Below are positions 60,471 to 64,000 of a stretch of DNA of 64,000 nucleotides, piece by piece. The stretch comes from Enoplolaimus lenunculus (Eukaryota). How positions within the stretch are numbered: the stretch's first letter is position 1; each line of letters begins with the position of its first letter. The stretch is from positions 186,001-250,000 of the forward strand of contig JASANG010000440.1 of the NCBI GenBank assembly GCA_030248215.1, read 5' to 3'. Under the pieces are notes generated by a model that saw only the letters and a list, made by a program, of their open reading frames with translations, did no database searches and was not told the DNA's origin. The translations under genes and the position numbers were made by a program.

Positions 60471-60587
60471 CAATTCTGTATCCAACTGAACCATATTTGG
60501 ACCTTCATGTTTCAGAATTAAATATACATGTAAAACGCATTCGTCAATAAATGTTTTATATGTTCGGTGCTGATGATACACAAATAC

Positions 60588-62928
60588 ATGAAAACACCTC
60601 ACGCCACGTTCTTCATTAGCATTGTGTTGCTAAATTTCGTTGATAAAGGTACGACTGATCTTTGCTTGTAAAACAATACAAAAAGTTTTTCGCGTTTTGC
60701 AAAAAAAGCGTTTATTTAATTTGATGCTCAAAATTTAAAAGGTATTGCTGCATAAGCTATGTTTGTACTGTGGTTTCTCCAGCCACAAAAAATGTTATGA
60801 AAGATATTGGAAACTCGAAAAGCATTTAAAATAGCGTTCTATTTTTGACACGAGCAAACCCAGGCTTGAGCAGCCTTTTCAGGCTGAAAAATGACCAGTA
60901 AAGGTCAACTAACTTTATCCGTCGCTAAAAGCTTCAAGTCATAATTATCTTGTCTCGGAATGAATTAGCCATGCCTCAGTATAGTATTGGCGCAAGTTCG
61001 ACAGCTCAAACCATGTCAGGGCGGGACGTTTTTCTACCCAGTCCTATACATAAGCCGTCAGCTCTAAAAGAATACGCCCCACAATTTTTTTGACATTCAA
61101 ATATCACTGTTACGAAAAAGCCAATTATAAATGTCATAAGCCAATCTGCTATTCAAACTAATTACAAATTTACATAGACCAAGAGTTATGCTAAGGCTAG
61201 TTGAACATTATTTGCTCAGAATCAGGGAGCAAAGCAGAATTGGATTATACCGGAATCACAATCGGAACAGCAAATTTAAACAGAATCAGAACTGCAAATA
61301 TTGTGACTAGATGGATAATTTGTATTAACAAGTATAATATTAATTTAGAGTGTCTGTTGGCTGTCAAAAGTTTACAAAAACATTGCACGAACAAATTGGC
61401 AATCATATTTTGGTTTAGTAAAGCTAACCTACAATCAATTATTGATAAATAAACTCCTCGAAAACAATGAATAAATGGTGCAGAGTGTTTATTCGACATA
61501 TCACAACATATAGGCCTAAAATTAATGTCAAAATTACGATTTCAATTGATTGTGCAATCGGAAACAGAAATTGGCAGTCATTTTTTGGTTCTGTAAAGCT
61601 AAACTAAAATCAATTATTGATATGTTAACTCATCGAAAATTTAATAGACAAATCATGCAGAGCTTTTATGCAACATATCCCAAATGATTGTCAATTTGTA
61701 AATTCGCTTGAATAGTAGATTGGCCTCTATGATATATACACACTATATTATTGAAGTTTCTCAATTTTCGGAAATTTTAGAAAATTCTAAACAATTCGAA
61801 AACTTGCCAATTTTATCGTGTTACAAATGCTCAAATCCGATTGGTTCATGCGATACTGGAGAATGTCAAGGATTTGCTTGCATTAAAGTTGAAGCGTTTA
61901 ACAACGGTAAATGTATGCTACTGACCCTTGGATGTGAATATTGAGTTAGAAGAATACTCATAGAAATCCGTAATTTTTGCAGTCGGAATTTCACATTTTA
62001 TAAACATATTTTTCAAAACTCAAAGCTCCAGGAATGAAAAGCCAAATCTGCCACAACATTCCCCCAAAACTGCAACCATACCGAGCTCAAATAATATTTC
62101 TTACCCGAACTATGGCTTAGGAATCATGTCAAGTGTTCTGTGTTTTACAACTACGAAGTCTGTTTAATAGCGTTTTGCCAAACTCGCTTTTCATAAAATT
62201 GTTTTTCCACTTTACAAAGAATCGTTTATAATATCGTTTTGTTTTTTACACATATTTTTGAATGCCAACAAAACCAAAAACCCAAACTGTTATTAATATG
62301 TCTCTATTTTCTAGACGTAATCAGTGTAACCAAAGAATGTTCGCTTCAATCATACAACCCAGTGGACCCCAATACCCCTGAAACAAACGGAAGTGACGAT
62401 GACTCAGGCCGTGAAGGTTGTACTCGACTAAATTTCCTCGGGTTCGAAGCAACCAAATGCATATGCCGTTCTGAATCATTCTGTAACGGAGATCAAGCAT
62501 TAATCGCCGCAGGACTCCAGTACCCACCTACCCAAGATGCCTTACATCATCGTGTGCCACCAGCCCGTTTGCCATCTGATTTTGAGCACCATCCTAAATA
62601 TAACCAGCCATACCATACGCTAAATCATGCCGGCTCCAATCCAGACAGCGTCCATTTGCTTCACAGTCAGTACCTAGAACACAACAAGCAACGACGAGAT
62701 GATTTAAGTATTAGCCATAATGACAACAACAATTTCCAATATACTTTTCAAAGTTTAGATATTTCAAACGACAATGACATAGCTAATACAGACATCAGTA
62801 ATTTTGGGCAAAATGACGCAACTTCGTGGTCTGCAAATAACATTTTAATGGCTATATTTATCACTGTATTTATATCGGCTGCGTTTGTACTGTTCATGAT
62901 GCATACAGTATGCATTCATTTGAATTAG
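60588..62928 (+). CDS. Three-finger-fold (Ly6/uPAR or activin-receptor-ectodomain-like) membrane protein with a low-complexity stalk and C-terminal hydrophobic helix
   Basis: Exons 61781-61906 and 62315-62928 (GT-AG, phase 1) give CYKC..CDTGECQGFACIK..C..C..CICRSESFCN (10 Cys, terminal CN) and end in ILMAIFITVFISAAFVLFMM. A putative signal-peptide exon 60588-60648 (MKTPHATFFISIVLLNFVDK, AAG|GTACGA phase-1 donor) fits the phase but is less certain. Confidence 0.7.
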
Positions 62929-64000
62929 CTAAAATAATTATTAGTTTAACATAGCAAGCGTAATAAAACGTTTACGGAAAAATTCACGAAGCAAAATGTA
63001 ACACAAAACAATCTTAATGGTTACCATTGACTCTTTAATAGTCATAGCGCTCAACTACAGTTAAGCAGAATCTGTTGCTAACATACTGTATTACATTATT
63101 CATAGATTTATATGCGGCAAAAAGCAGGACAGAATGTAGAAGAAAATCGCGTTCACATACAACTCGAATTGAAATTGTTTTCAATCCAACTCAATTGAGG
63201 CAAATATTGAATTCTCGCTCTACACTCTGATTGATCACCAAATATCAGGCACGTGATTTTCGAAGACGTTTTGGAAACACAGACTGCAAGTACTGCTCAC
63301 GGCGTTGAATCCATTTTGCTTCGTTTACCTAAAACAATATTCAGTTTATGAAAGTCAACAAAAATTCTTGGTTTTATTGGCAAACTGGTAACGTTGTTAA
63401 GTCCACAATATTCCTAAGTATGAAACATATAAAAAGATGCCTGCGCCACCAACCGCAAAACAAGCGTTACAGACACCATCCAAGTAAGCGTTATCTTCAA
63501 ATCTGGAAGCTAAAAGTGATTGATCCGCTAAACCTGGCAAGTATAACCATACGGCGATCAAAAAAGCTTTATATAGCGCTTAAACATATTCGACTTTATA
63601 TACAATCATGGACAGAATGAAATTAGCAGTATACCGCTGTGGCATCCGCCACATTTGCCTTTGCCATTTTATACTCGCGTTTCAATCATTCTATGCTCGC
63701 GGTATAAACCATTTTATTGTAATGTATAACGAAAATTTGTAAATAAGTTAAACTCGGTGAACAAACAAACAAACACTATTTTTCTATCTTCAAAGTTTGA
63801 AAACAATCGTATACCACTAACTTTAGCTGTCACAAAACCCAGCGATTTGAGCATACGTTCTTTGGCAACATATAACGCTGACTTATCATTATAACGACGT
63901 TCTTTCATCGAAGAAAATATTGTAATACATATTCTAAAATATATTGAAAGTAGAAAAATTTAAAGCATAACAATAACAAAAATAATAATAAAAATAAAAA

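Overview
Eukaryotic, intron-rich, AT-rich genomic DNA, most likely a nematode (inferred from abundant TTAGGC repeats and TTTCAG-type acceptors). I reconstructed three spliced protein-coding genes by hand. (1) The 3' part of a phosphatidylinositol 4-kinase III alpha (PI4KA) gene, + strand, <1-26730, with 36 core exons; at least two introns need GC donors, and a 5.3-kb intron holds a candidate 420-nt in-frame optional exon. (2) A THIK-subfamily (KCNK12/13-like) two-pore K+ channel gene, - strand, 36602-31743, whose first selectivity filter reads A-I-G-Y-G instead of T-I-G-(Y/F)-G. (3) A three-finger/Ly6-like single-pass membrane protein gene, + strand, about 60588-62928. Introns and intergenic DNA hold many short non-autonomous DNA transposons. 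About 20 copies of a GGCC-ended, 8-bp-TSD MITE carry telomeric (TTAGGC)n as cargo, and one has expanded into a 42-bp satellite. A TTAA-target (piggyBac-type) MITE carries a tRNA-like A-box/B-box module. Most long ORFs in the supplied track are repeat translations, not genes. Homology calls rest on remembered family motifs; no database search was run.
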